A stretch of 64,000 bases of DNA from Candidatus Altiarchaeota archaeon (lineage in GTDB: Archaea > Altiarchaeota > Altiarchaeia > IMC4 > SCGC-AAA252-I15). Positions 1 to 9,340 of the stretch are shown piece by piece. The stretch is taken from NCBI GenBank assembly GCA_043800705.1, contig JAZDMS010000001.1, positions 1 through 64,000 of the forward strand, written 5' to 3'. The translations under genes were made by a program, and so were the position numbers. The notes under the pieces were generated by a model, which made no database searches, was not told the origin of the DNA, and saw nothing but the letters and a program-made list of their open reading frames with translations. Positions within the stretch are counted from its first letter, which is position 1, and every line of letters starts with the position of its first letter.

Positions 1-470
1 CGACTACTACTACGACTACTACTACTACGACGACTACTACTACGACTACTACTACTACTACTACTACTACTACGACTACTACGACTACTACTACTACGAC
101 TACGAGGACTACGACTACTACGACTACTACTACTACTACGACTACGACGACTACTACTACGACTACTAGGACTACTACGACTACGACTACTACGACGACG
201 ACTACTACTACGACGACTACTACTACGACGACTACTACTACGACTACTACTACGACTACTACTACGACTACGAGGACTACGACTACTACGACTACTACTA
301 CGACTACTAGGACTACGACTACTACGACTACTACTACGACTACTACTACTACGACTACTACTACGACTACGAGGACTACGACTACTACGACTACGACTAC
401 TACGACTACTACGACTACTACGACTACTACGACTACTACGACTACTACGACTACTACGACTACGACTACA
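1..470. repeat. (ACT/ACG)n trinucleotide array encoding poly-Thr
   Basis: Directly visible; becomes an ACTACTACG 9-mer array toward ~385-460. Confidence 0.95.
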
Positions 471-584
471 ACTCTCGATCCCCAGGCCGAATGTGAAGCC
501 TATTGTACTGCGGCATGCCAGGAAATTGGGCATGAATTTGCAGAAGGTTGTGACTGTGATAAAGACGCCTGCATGTGTGTTTGA
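3..584 (+). CDS. 3' part of a poly-Thr (mucin-like) protein with a 7-Cys C-terminal module; starts before the window
   Basis: Frame from position 3 reads ACT/ACG (Thr, occasional AGG Arg) for ~157 codons, then LDPQAECEAYCTAACQEIGHEFAEGCDCDKDACMCV-TGA (582-584). Missing from the ORF track because the start lies outside the window. Confidence 0.8.
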   Translation, partial: TTTTTTTTTTTTTTTTTTTTTTTTTTTTTTTTTTRTTTTTTTTTTTTTTTTTTTTRTTTTTTTTTTTTTTTTTTTTTTTTTTTTTTTTTTRTTTTTTTTTTTRTTTTTTTTTTTTTTTTTTTTRTTTTTTTTTTTTTTTTTTTTTTTTTTTTTTTTTLDPQAECEAYCTAACQEIGHEFAEGCDCDKDACMCV

Positions 585-940
585 TCCTAATAAGTCTCCC
601 TGTCCCTCAACATTATATGCCTATGGGGAAGCGCTCAAACCACATTAAACTGCAATATCTGCCTTATTCAGCTTTTGAACATCCTCCTAATAGCAATTCA
701 TTCTACTATGAGACTGCTGTCGTTTTTTTTCAGAAAGTTAAAATCCCCCATCTAGCCCGTAAAACCCCCCAATAATTCGTTTTTATGTTTATTCTCCCAA
801 AAAAATACCAATATCCACCACAAACTCATGATGTCGTTAATTGATGATAGAAACCCCCGATCATGGTCAGTGTATCCTCTAATTATGGGTCTTATTTTCC
901 CCCCTATGGATGATCTGTTTTTTGTTAAGGAGGGTAGTGA

Positions 941-3265
941 ATGCTAATATTTACCCCCTATGTGGGAAAAAAACCTGATTTAGCACTAAATTGGCTTATC
1001 GTGTCATTACTCCTTATCTACCTATTTGTTGGTACTGTCGATTCTCAGGGTTGTACAGTCTGTACTGGTAATGTCTTAGGTGAATGTGATTCGAGCATTC
1101 CTCCCGATTGTAACTCTGGAACCTGTAATACTGTTGTGTCTCCCCATTGCTGTGTCTACTATGGCTGTGTCTGTTTAGATACATCAAGTTCTAGTAGCAG
1201 TGCTAGTAGTGGGTCTTCGAGTTCGTCTGGTTCGTCTAGTGGGTCTAGTAGTTCGTCTGGTAGTTCTAGTGGTTCTAGTAGTAGTTTGAGTTCGAGTAGT
1301 GTTAGTAGTAGTAGTTCTTCGGGTACTAGTGGTACGTCTTCGGGTAGTAGTGGTTCGTCGAGTAGTGGTAGTTCGTCGAGTGGTAGTAGTGGTAGTTCTA
1401 GTTCGAGTAGTGGTACTTCTTCTGGTAGTAGTGGTTCGTCGAGTAGTCGTAGTTCGTCGAGTGGTAGTAGTGGTTTGTCGAGTAGTGGTAGTTCGAGTAG
1501 TAGTGGTAGTAGTTTGTGTGGTTGTGTTGGTGCTGAGGTTGCTTTGTGTGAGGGTGGGGGTGGTGTGGTTTCTTGTGATTTGTTGTGTGTTGGTGGGGTT
1601 AGTAATGATTTCTGTTATTATGGGGGTAATGGGTTTGATGCGTGTGTGGATGGCAGTTTATGTTGTTGTATGCCTGCTTTGAGCAGTAGTTCAAGTTCAA
1701 GCGGCACCTCCAGCGGCTCAAGCGGCACTTCCAGCTTGTCCAGCGGCACTTCCAGCGGTTCCAGCGGCACGTCCACCGGAACCTCAAGCGGCTCCAGCAG
1801 CTCATCCGCGAGCAGCTCAAAGACTTCAAGCAGCCGAAGCAGCTCAAGCAGAAGCTCAAGCTCTTCCAGCAGTGGAACATCCGTGTCAAGCTCGTCAAAG
1901 ACCAGCTCAAGCGTATCATCCTCTGTGATGTCTAGTGGCACTTCAAGCAGCAGCTCCTCAAGCAGTGGCACGAGCATGATATGCGAATGCGATCCGTTGT
2001 CAGTGTCCGTTGCAGAGGCGATAGGCAAATGCGTTTCCAACACGGCAGAATGCACAAACAACCTGTATTCCGATCATTTCCTCGTGGCATTGTGTGAAAA
2101 TGTGGTCACAGAGACGACATGTCTGGATCCGAACCATTGGCTCTGCACTTGCGATATGCCCCTGGGCAGTTCCAGTTCGTCATCGTCGTCGATGACCAGC
2201 GTTCCCACTTCATCTAGTTCAAGTGTAACGAGTTCCGCAACGAGCGGCACCTCATCAAGCTCTAGCGGTACAAGCTCCGGCATTAGCGGGACCTCATCGA
2301 GCAGCCGTACAAGCTCCGGCACGAGCGGGACCTCAACGAGCAGCGCGACCAGCTCCGTCACCAGCGGCACGTCATCGAGTTCCAGCGGCACGAGCTCCGC
2401 CACAAGCGCCACCTCTTCCGGCTCAAGTGGGACCAGTTCGGGGACCAGCGGCACTTCGTCGGGCACGAGCGGATCTAGCTCCTCGTCTTCGAGCAGCTTT
2501 ACAAGCTCTAGCTGGAGTTCGGCCTCCTCGTCTTCCTCAAGCAGCGGCCCGTTCCCGTGTGAATATTGCTTGGTTAACAACGTAACCTGCCCGAGTCTGC
2601 CGCAGGTGCTGGATGCCAGATTCAACCTCACCTACAATATGCGGACTACGACTGCCGAGTATCCGTTCGAGGTTAGGGGCTTTTTTGTCGGTTCAGAGTT
2701 GGATGAGTGTATTTTCAACGAGAGCGTCACTCCCTACTGCATGTCGGTCGAGAAATCGTGGGAGACCCAGTGTCCAACAGGTGCGGCAAGCTTCTGGTAT
2801 GGCAACGTGCCTGCCACGAATGTGACCTATACGGTGGGTTGCATAGGGTCCAGCACTGCCGACGAGGGTTTGTGCGTTGAACAGGATTCAGTACAGTCTT
2901 GCCGGGTAACCTGTCTGTACTGCAACGGACCACAGGATCTCGTCTTCAATGTGACGCTCTCGGAGCCTTATGACATAGCCCGGTGCGGGTTGTCGTTGGC
3001 ATATAACAGCAGCCTCGTACAGGGCAGCACGAATTGGGCCAATCTGTTCAGTAAGGGCTCGGACGTGTGTGCGGGCCTGGACCCATACTGCGACATCAGT
3101 GAGCAGAGCGGCCTGCCGCTGATAAACTTCAACGTGAGCGATTTGGGGACGTATCACATGGAGAATATGATCGGCCAGACCGTGTATAAATGGACTGTCG
3201 AGTGTACTGCACCTCTGGGTCTTGCGGAAGCCACTCCGGAATGGATGTTCCGGTATGGTTGCTGA
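941..3265 (+). CDS. Secreted/surface Ser-Gly-Thr-rich protein with interspersed Cys-rich modules
   Basis: AGGAGG upstream, N-terminal hydrophobic signal, three S/G/T linkers separating Cys-rich domains, many NxS/T sites in the C-terminal domain. Confidence 0.8.
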   Translation: MLIFTPYVGKKPDLALNWLIVSLLLIYLFVGTVDSQGCTVCTGNVLGECDSSIPPDCNSGTCNTVVSPHCCVYYGCVCLDTSSSSSSASSGSSSSSGSSSGSSSSSGSSSGSSSSLSSSSVSSSSSSGTSGTSSGSSGSSSSGSSSSGSSGSSSSSSGTSSGSSGSSSSRSSSSGSSGLSSSGSSSSSGSSLCGCVGAEVALCEGGGGVVSCDLLCVGGVSNDFCYYGGNGFDACVDGSLCCCMPALSSSSSSSGTSSGSSGTSSLSSGTSSGSSGTSTGTSSGSSSSSASSSKTSSSRSSSSRSSSSSSSGTSVSSSSKTSSSVSSSVMSSGTSSSSSSSSGTSMICECDPLSVSVAEAIGKCVSNTAECTNNLYSDHFLVALCENVVTETTCLDPNHWLCTCDMPLGSSSSSSSSMTSVPTSSSSSVTSSATSGTSSSSSGTSSGISGTSSSSRTSSGTSGTSTSSATSSVTSGTSSSSSGTSSATSATSSGSSGTSSGTSGTSSGTSGSSSSSSSSFTSSSWSSASSSSSSSGPFPCEYCLVNNVTCPSLPQVLDARFNLTYNMRTTTAEYPFEVRGFFVGSELDECIFNESVTPYCMSVEKSWETQCPTGAASFWYGNVPATNVTYTVGCIGSSTADEGLCVEQDSVQSCRVTCLYCNGPQDLVFNVTLSEPYDIARCGLSLAYNSSLVQGSTNWANLFSKGSDVCAGLDPYCDISEQSGLPLINFNVSDLGTYHMENMIGQTVYKWTVECTAPLGLAEATPEWMFRYGC

Positions 3266-3304
3266 CGTATATTGTGTGTTGAACGCCGAATGCGGTGTAA
3301 TGCA

Positions 3305-3769
3305 CTATATGACCAGCGTGAGCAATCCCAATATGAGTGCGTATTTTATTATCCTCGCCGCGGTTACAGTGATGATGAATTCTCTGAGGTTCATTTTGGC
3401 GGCTCCGCAAAGGACGGTAAGAGGATCTCCTGGAAGGGGGAGTATAAGCGCCCCGAACAGCCCTATCCAGCCGTATCTGTTCATGATTTTCCTTGCTTTG
3501 TCGATTTCTTTCACGTTGATGTAGTTATGTGCGAGCTTAAGCCCCCCCATTCCGATGTAATAGTTCATGAGGGAGCCGAATGAGGCTCCTGCGGTCGCCA
3601 CGAGGACGATTACGACCTTGTCGACTCTTGCCATGACCAGGACAGGAAACGTTATCTCCACCGACACCGGAACGAAGATCGAGGCGCTGGCGAGGGAGAA
3701 GAAAAAAAGGCCTATAAGTCCGTAGTCCAAGACGATTTGCGCACCGAGGGGGCCCATCATTTCGAGCAT
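3305..3769 (-). CDS. DedA/VTT (YqaA-like) membrane protein
   Basis: GASFGSLMNYYIG and LPLPGDPLTVLCG motifs, several TM helices. Confidence 0.85.
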   Translation of the reverse strand: MLEMMGPLGAQIVLDYGLIGLFFFSLASASIFVPVSVEITFPVLVMARVDKVVIVLVATAGASFGSLMNYYIGMGGLKLAHNYINVKEIDKARKIMNRYGWIGLFGALILPLPGDPLTVLCGAAKMNLREFIITVTAARIIKYALILGLLTLVI

Positions 3770-3798
3770 ATAATAGTAACCGCTTCCAACTATTAAAG

Positions 3799-4200
3799 AT
3801 GCCTTATAAACGCCTGAAGATGGTGAAGAGGCGTATTGATTTTTTGATCGGTCCGCTCCTGAGGCGTCTGTTCGTCATGGGTTTGAGGCCCGTCCATTTG
3901 ACTGTCCTTTCCCTTCCCTGCGGCCTTTTAGGTGTCTGGTTCCTGTTCACGAAGCCTTTTTTAAGTCCATTTTTTGTCTTCTCGTATCTTGTCCTTGATG
4001 TGTTGGATGGGACGTTGGCCCGCGCTTCGGGGACGGTGTCCGAGACGGGCAATAGGTTGGACTTTCTTGTGGACAAGGTCGTGGCCTCTTTTTTCCTCGT
4101 CATGCTTTATCTTTGGACTGGCGAGGTATTGCTTCCCGCGGTCGGTTTGTCTGCGGTGGTCCTCTTCACTCTGGAGGATTTTGGCTTAATTAAACGGTAG
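3799..4200 (+). CDS. CDP-alcohol phosphatidyltransferase family protein
   Basis: DVLDGTLAR..G..LD..VD signature. Confidence 0.85.
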   Translation: MPYKRLKMVKRRIDFLIGPLLRRLFVMGLRPVHLTVLSLPCGLLGVWFLFTKPFLSPFFVFSYLVLDVLDGTLARASGTVSETGNRLDFLVDKVVASFFLVMLYLWTGEVLLPAVGLSAVVLFTLEDFGLIKR

Positions 4201-4216
4201 TTTGTAATATTCTCTG

Positions 4217-4804
4217 ATGGTTGATCAATCAAGGCTTTATCATTGGGGCGGGCATTTCATCTCAGGCAACGGCGGGTCCTGCGTGGCGGCGGTGACTTTG
4301 AGCGAGGAGTTAGAGCTTCCCGCAGAAAAAGTCGCCCTTTATGGGAGTATGAAGACGGAGAATCTAGGCGTTGAAAAGGTCGTCGCCAACGTGATCTCGA
4401 ACCCTAACATCCGTTTTCTGATAGTGTGCGGTACGGATGTGAGGGGGCATTGCAGCGGCGATTCTCTCGTCTGCCTGCACCGGAACGGGCTGGATTCGAA
4501 CAACAAGGTCATAGGCGCGAAAAGCGCTATCCCATTTATCGAAAATCTGCCCCTGAAGGCGGTCGGCCGTTTCAGGAAGCAGGTGGAGATAATAGATCTG
4601 ATAGATGTCACAGACATGGATATGATCCTGAAGTCTATTAATTCATGCCTTGCCAGGAATCCGGGCTCGTTCGGGGAGCCTATGGTCGTCGAGCCTCTGC
4701 CCAAAGACAAGATCGTCGAGACGTTCCATTCGGAATTTGCCTTGCATTCGCGCCTGGATATGGACCTTTATGGTTTCGTGTCCTCGGCTCCGGAGGCCGG
4801 ATGA
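4217..4804 (+). CDS. mtrA: MtrA-like corrinoid protein, soluble (no C-terminal anchor)
   Basis: KTENLGVEKVVANVISNPNIRFLIVCG..VRGH motif with the cobalamin-ligand His; GAKSAIPFIENLP. Confidence 0.88.
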   Translation: MVDQSRLYHWGGHFISGNGGSCVAAVTLSEELELPAEKVALYGSMKTENLGVEKVVANVISNPNIRFLIVCGTDVRGHCSGDSLVCLHRNGLDSNNKVIGAKSAIPFIENLPLKAVGRFRKQVEIIDLIDVTDMDMILKSINSCLARNPGSFGEPMVVEPLPKDKIVETFHSEFALHSRLDMDLYGFVSSAPEAG

Positions 4805-5736
4805 TGTACTCATTCATGCGTGAGCAGTCGATCCTTGAGGTCGGTGGCGTGAGGTTCGGGGGGCAGCCGGGGGAGAATCCGACGGTCCTCATCGGGACAG
4901 TGTTCTACGGAAAGGACTATAAGGTCATGGATGATGCAGCCTTTGCAAAGGCGAAAGAATATACTCTCATGCAGGATGCGATCTCGGCTGAGACGGGAAT
5001 CCCCGGCATTTTGGACATATACATAAAGGATGAGAAGTACATAGAGACGGAGATAGATGTCGTGATCGGCTCCACCGACGGGCCCTTTAGCATCGACAGT
5101 TCGGACGCACACACGAGGGTGAAGACCCTCGAATACCTGGCGAAGGTAGGGGCGCTTCAGCGAACCATCTATAATTCCATAAATCTCGGCCTGACCGAGG
5201 AGGAGATCGGCGCCCTCGGAAGGTATACTCCCGAGGCTGTTTTGGTCCTCGCATACAATCCCCGTGACATGGGCGTTGACGGGAGGCTGGATATGCTAAA
5301 GACCGGCTCTGGGATGATCTGCGTCGCAGGAAAAGGCCTGCTAGGCGTGGCGTCCGATGCTGGCATCGAAAAGGTCCTTCTTGACACCGGGGCGACGCCG
5401 TTCGGGAGCATGAGTGCCGAGACCCTACGGGCGATACCCGTATTCAAGAACGAGTTCGGCCTCCCTGTTGGCTGTTCCATCCACAACACCCTTGAGAGTT
5501 GGGGTTGGATGAAGGACAGGCGGAAGACGGACCCGGAAGCATACAATTGCGCCGACGCGGCTGCTAACGCGATGGTCCCGCTTTCCGGCGGGGACTTCAT
5601 CGTCTATGGGCCTGTAAGCTCATGCGGGAGGATTTTCCCCTCTGTGGCATTCGCGGACAAGCTTTTGGCGGAGGGCGGAGTCGACTATTTCGGGCTGGTT
5701 GTCGGAAAGGAGCATCCCTACTTTAAGCTGAAATGA
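4801..5736 (+). CDS. mtrH: MtrH-like methyl-pterin:corrinoid methyltransferase
   Basis: GGQPGENPTVLIGTVFY, IYNSIN, GGDFIVYGP; ATGA overlap with the mtrA stop places the start at 4801. Confidence 0.9.
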   Translation: MMYSFMREQSILEVGGVRFGGQPGENPTVLIGTVFYGKDYKVMDDAAFAKAKEYTLMQDAISAETGIPGILDIYIKDEKYIETEIDVVIGSTDGPFSIDSSDAHTRVKTLEYLAKVGALQRTIYNSINLGLTEEEIGALGRYTPEAVLVLAYNPRDMGVDGRLDMLKTGSGMICVAGKGLLGVASDAGIEKVLLDTGATPFGSMSAETLRAIPVFKNEFGLPVGCSIHNTLESWGWMKDRRKTDPEAYNCADAAANAMVPLSGGDFIVYGPVSSCGRIFPSVAFADKLLAEGGVDYFGLVVGKEHPYFKLK

Positions 5737-6623
5737 TACCCACGACTGTCATCGGGAGCTACCCAGTCCGGCTTGACGGGGCAAAATACGCGAAGTCATA
5801 TTTCTTCGGCGAGGGATTCGACGCATCTTCCGAGTCCTTGGGGCAGGCGGTCGAGGCCCAGGTGGATGCGGGGATAGAAATAGTGTCCGATGGGCAGACC
5901 AGCGGTGACTTCATAAAGATCTTCGCAAAGAGGTTCCGGGGAGTCGTCATACAGTCCAGGCCAGTTGTCGTCGGTAGCGTCGAGTATGCCGGTTTTGCAT
6001 CCGTCGATGCGCAGAAGGCGGTCCGGCAACTTCTACCTGGGGGAAGGCAACTGAAGGGCATAATAACCGGTCCGTATACCCTGGCCAAAGGCAGCGAGAA
6101 CAGGCATTACAGGGGCGTCGAGGACCTGGCTTACGCTTATGCGGAAGGGCTGGCCAAGGAGGCCTCGGCATTGGATGATGTCGTGGATTTTGTGCAGATC
6201 GATGAGCCGTTTTTCTCCGTTGATTATCCGGAGTACGGCAGAAAGCTTATCGAGCAGGTTCTACGCGGCGTGTCGAAGCCCAGGATGCTCCACGTCTGCG
6301 GGGATGTGTCAACTATATTCGGGAAACTGGTAGAGTATAAGGTTGAATACTTGGAGCATGAGTTTGCTGCGAATCCTGGCCTTTGGGAGACCGTCAAAGA
6401 CGTGGACTTCGATCAGACTCTGGGGGTGGGCGTCGTCAGAAGCGACATCAACAAAGCCGAAACTGTCGATGTCATACTGGCGCGTATGAATGTCGCATTA
6501 GCCTTTCGGGAGCCGAACAGACTGATGTTCAACCCCGACTGCGGGATGAGGAACTTGGACCCGCAGGTGGCGAAAACCAAGCTGAAGAACATGGTGAAGG
6601 CCAGGGACAAGGCCGGTTATTAA
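5733..6623 (+). CDS. metE: Core (catalytic-domain-only) methionine synthase, methylcobamide:homocysteine methyltransferase type
   Basis: TTVIGSYP, SDGQ, ITGPYT, QIDEP, Zn ligands HVCG/E/NPDCG; only 296 aa, lacks the MetE N-terminal barrel; ATGA-coupled to mtrH. Confidence 0.88.
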   Translation: MIPTTVIGSYPVRLDGAKYAKSYFFGEGFDASSESLGQAVEAQVDAGIEIVSDGQTSGDFIKIFAKRFRGVVIQSRPVVVGSVEYAGFASVDAQKAVRQLLPGGRQLKGIITGPYTLAKGSENRHYRGVEDLAYAYAEGLAKEASALDDVVDFVQIDEPFFSVDYPEYGRKLIEQVLRGVSKPRMLHVCGDVSTIFGKLVEYKVEYLEHEFAANPGLWETVKDVDFDQTLGVGVVRSDINKAETVDVILARMNVALAFREPNRLMFNPDCGMRNLDPQVAKTKLKNMVKARDKAGY

Positions 6624-6670
6624 CTTCGTGTTCGCATGCCCGGCATTTTTTAAGCTATCCTTCTCTTTAG

Positions 6671-6768
6671 TTGATTGCATGTCCCATACCGCGACATTAA
6701 TGTCGCGGACGGTATGGGTATGTAAGTACATACTTTGGCCTTTTGGCTGCAGTATGTTTGATTGCATG
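6671..6768. repeat. Palindromic insert (perfect 20-bp CCGCGACATTAATGTCGCGG) flanked by 11-bp direct repeats TTGATTGCATG
   Basis: Palindrome 6689-6708 extended by CCCATA/TATGGG; direct repeats at 6671-6681 and 6758-6768. Confidence 0.75.
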
Positions 6769-7086
6769 GAAAAGAGGTATGTCGGTTTCGCAGAGGACCC
6801 TGCAGGTTTCTTTTACATATACTTGGACGGGACCCGGCGCAACATCGTCGTCGAGCATTATGAGGGTGTAGTCAAGGACGTCATAGGCGGCCGCAGGACG
6901 GTTTCCGGCAAGATGAGCCGCATATTCAAGGGTGCGAATGCCGAGGGCCTGTATCGCACAATCGTAGGCAACGGTCTTGTCACATTGCTGGACCATTCCG
7001 CCTACCTCGGCTATGAGCTCGGCAAGGCTGAGACTGCGCTGAAGAACAACGTCAAGTACGAGCAGGACAAGCCGTTGAAGGTATGA
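6766..7086 (+). CDS. DUF4346 domain protein
   Basis: DPAGFFYI and DHSAYLGYELGKAE..L...Y.QD motifs; start moved to ATG 6766. Confidence 0.8.
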   Translation: MEKRYVGFAEDPAGFFYIYLDGTRRNIVVEHYEGVVKDVIGGRRTVSGKMSRIFKGANAEGLYRTIVGNGLVTLLDHSAYLGYELGKAETALKNNVKYEQDKPLKV

Positions 7087-7220
7087 TGGGCTGCATATAA
7101 GCGTTAAATGCCCCCTCATTTTAGAATCGGCAAATAATCCATTATTCGGCTGAAAATGCATTTTAATTGTATTTTTAGCTATTCCATGCTTTTTATCTGG
7201 GTTCACCTCATATCCTACCA

Positions 7221-8510
7221 ATGGTCTCCACGTTGGAAAAAGCAATCCATGCCAAGTCTGCATCGGTCGAGATGGCGAAGGCCTCCACCGACCTGAAGGA
7301 CAGGGCCCTTGAGCGCATAGCGGAGGTCCTCCTTGAGCGCAAGGAGGAGATACTTGAAGCCAATGCGCAGGATTGCAGGGAGTCAAAGGATAAGATCGGC
7401 GATTCCCTCTATAAGCGGCTGGAATTGGATGAGGCCAAGATCGATTCGATCGTCGAAGGCGTCAAGAGCGTCGTAAGGCTCAAGGACCCGGTCGGTGAAA
7501 CCCTCTATGCGATGGAGCTGGAGAAGGACCTCGAAGTCTACAAGGTGACGGTGCCGATAGGCGTTATTGGTGTCGTATTCGAGTCGAGGCCCGATGCCCT
7601 CGTACAGATAAGCTGTCTCTGCCTGAAGAGCGGCAATGCCGCGATACTGAAGGGCGGCAGCGAGGCGAAACACACGAACCGGATGCTGTATGCGCTTATC
7701 AAAACCGTCACGGACGACGAAGGCGTTCCGGACGGCTGGGTGCAGCTTATCGAAAGCAGGGAGGAAGTCGCGCAGATGCTGAAGCTCGAAGACCAGATAA
7801 GCCTCATAATCCCCCGGGGTTCGAACGAATTCGTGAAACATATACGGGATAATACGAAGATCCCGGTCCTCGGCCACGCCGCTGGAATATGCCACGTATA
7901 CGTAGACCGCGAGGCGGACCTGGAGAAGGCGCTCAGGATAGCGTACGATTCGAAATGCCAGTATCCTGCGGTCTGCAACGCCATGGAGACCCTCCTTATC
8001 GACAGGAAGATCGCCAAAAAGTTCCTCCCCGTGGTATGGGGGGCCTACAAGGCAGCGGGCGTGTCTGCCAAAGGGGACGAGGAAGCCTGCAGGATAGTCG
8101 GAGACATTTCCGCGGCCTGCGAGTCGGACTGGGGGACGGAATATAACGATTTGATTCTGAACGTGAAAATCGTGGACGGTATCAAGGAGGCCGTCACCTG
8201 GATCAACAGATACGGCTCAGGCCACACCGACGCGATAGTCACCGAGGATGAGAAGACGGCGAAGTACTTCATAGGGACTGTTGACAGCTCGTCGGTCATG
8301 TGGAATGCGTCGACCAGGTTCGCAGACGGCTTCAGGTACGGCCTGGGAGCAGAAGTCGGGATCAGCACGAACAAGATTCACGCGAGGGGACCGGTGGGTG
8401 TGGATGGCCTAGTCTCGCACAAATGGGTGCTCAAGGGCAAAGGCCACGTTGTGGGGGACTTCGTGAAGCGGAAATATACTCATAAGCGGCTGAACAGGAA
8501 ATGGTCATAA
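7221..8510 (+). CDS. proA: Glutamate-5-semialdehyde dehydrogenase
   Basis: PIGVIGVVFESRP, CNAMETLL, NASTRFADG, EVGISTNKIHARGPVG. Confidence 0.97.
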   Translation: MVSTLEKAIHAKSASVEMAKASTDLKDRALERIAEVLLERKEEILEANAQDCRESKDKIGDSLYKRLELDEAKIDSIVEGVKSVVRLKDPVGETLYAMELEKDLEVYKVTVPIGVIGVVFESRPDALVQISCLCLKSGNAAILKGGSEAKHTNRMLYALIKTVTDDEGVPDGWVQLIESREEVAQMLKLEDQISLIIPRGSNEFVKHIRDNTKIPVLGHAAGICHVYVDREADLEKALRIAYDSKCQYPAVCNAMETLLIDRKIAKKFLPVVWGAYKAAGVSAKGDEEACRIVGDISAACESDWGTEYNDLILNVKIVDGIKEAVTWINRYGSGHTDAIVTEDEKTAKYFIGTVDSSSVMWNASTRFADGFRYGLGAEVGISTNKIHARGPVGVDGLVSHKWVLKGKGHVVGDFVKRKYTHKRLNRKWS

Positions 8511-8535
8511 TCGCAAGTTTTTATCCTGTGCGTAT

Positions 8536-9336
8536 ATGTTTTATCCTAAGATGGTGCGCGTAGGTTTCATCGGCGTCGGCAGGATGGGTTCAGCCCTGCT
8601 GTCCGGCTTCATTGGAAAGGGGCTCATCAGCGCCTCGGATGTCCGCGCATACGACAAGAACCTGTCATCCGTCAAGCGGATGAATGTAGGGTACGAGTAC
8701 TCCTCCTTCGAGGTGGTCGAAAAGTCGGAGGTCGTGTTCCTGTGCGTCAAGCCCAAGGACATGGACGACGTCCTGGACGAGATAAGGGACATCGCGGGAA
8801 GCAGGCTCATCGTTTCCATTGCAGCAGGCATATCCCTCAAGAGGATCGAATCGAAGCTCAAGGAGGCAAGGGTGATACGGGTGATGCCCAACACTCCGGC
8901 GATGATACAAGAGACGGCCGCTGCATACAGCCTCGGCACCCTCGCCAGGGAGGAGGATGCGATGTTCGTAGGTAGCCTCCTCAACTCGATAGGTGTCGCA
9001 TACCGGGTCGAAGAGAAGGACCTGGACGCTGTCACCGGGCTGTCCGGTTCGGGGCCTGCATACGTGTATCTCATGATCGATGCTCTTATGGAAGCGGGGA
9101 TAAAGGAAGGCTTGGACGAGGAAGTCGCCCTGAACCTAACATTACAGACAGTCCGCGGCGCGGCGGACATGGTTGCGGCGACGAATAAAAGCCCGATGGA
9201 GCTTATAGCTGAGGTCAAGAGCCCGAAAGGAACGACCGTCGAGGGGCTGAAGGTCCTGGAAAAATGCCGTGTTCGGAAGGCGTTCCAGGATGCCGTGAAA
9301 GCGGCGGCAAAGAGGTCTAGGGAGCTCGGGAAATAG
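8536..9336 (+). CDS. proC: Pyrroline-5-carboxylate reductase (start may be 8551)
   Basis: GFIGVGRMG, RVMPNTP, TGLSGSGPAY, SPKGTT. Confidence 0.96.
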   Translation: MFYPKMVRVGFIGVGRMGSALLSGFIGKGLISASDVRAYDKNLSSVKRMNVGYEYSSFEVVEKSEVVFLCVKPKDMDDVLDEIRDIAGSRLIVSIAAGISLKRIESKLKEARVIRVMPNTPAMIQETAAAYSLGTLAREEDAMFVGSLLNSIGVAYRVEEKDLDAVTGLSGSGPAYVYLMIDALMEAGIKEGLDEEVALNLTLQTVRGAADMVAATNKSPMELIAEVKSPKGTTVEGLKVLEKCRVRKAFQDAVKAAAKRSRELGK

Positions 9337-9340
9337 CACG

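Noticed and set aside
1-470. CRISPR array or telomere-like repeat
   Set aside because: No spacers; it is an in-frame Thr codon expansion continuing into a Cys-rich coding tail
1299-2631. Val/Arg-rich and Leu/Glu-rich alternative ORFs
   Set aside because: Shadow frames of the Ser-rich repeats in the 941-3265 gene
4217-5736. Evidence for methanogenesis or a Na+-pumping Mtr complex
   Set aside because: Only soluble A and H homologues are present; no membrane subunits or mcr in the window
7221-9336. proA-proC without proB as a novel pathway
   Set aside because: proB may lie elsewhere in the genome; cannot be judged from this window
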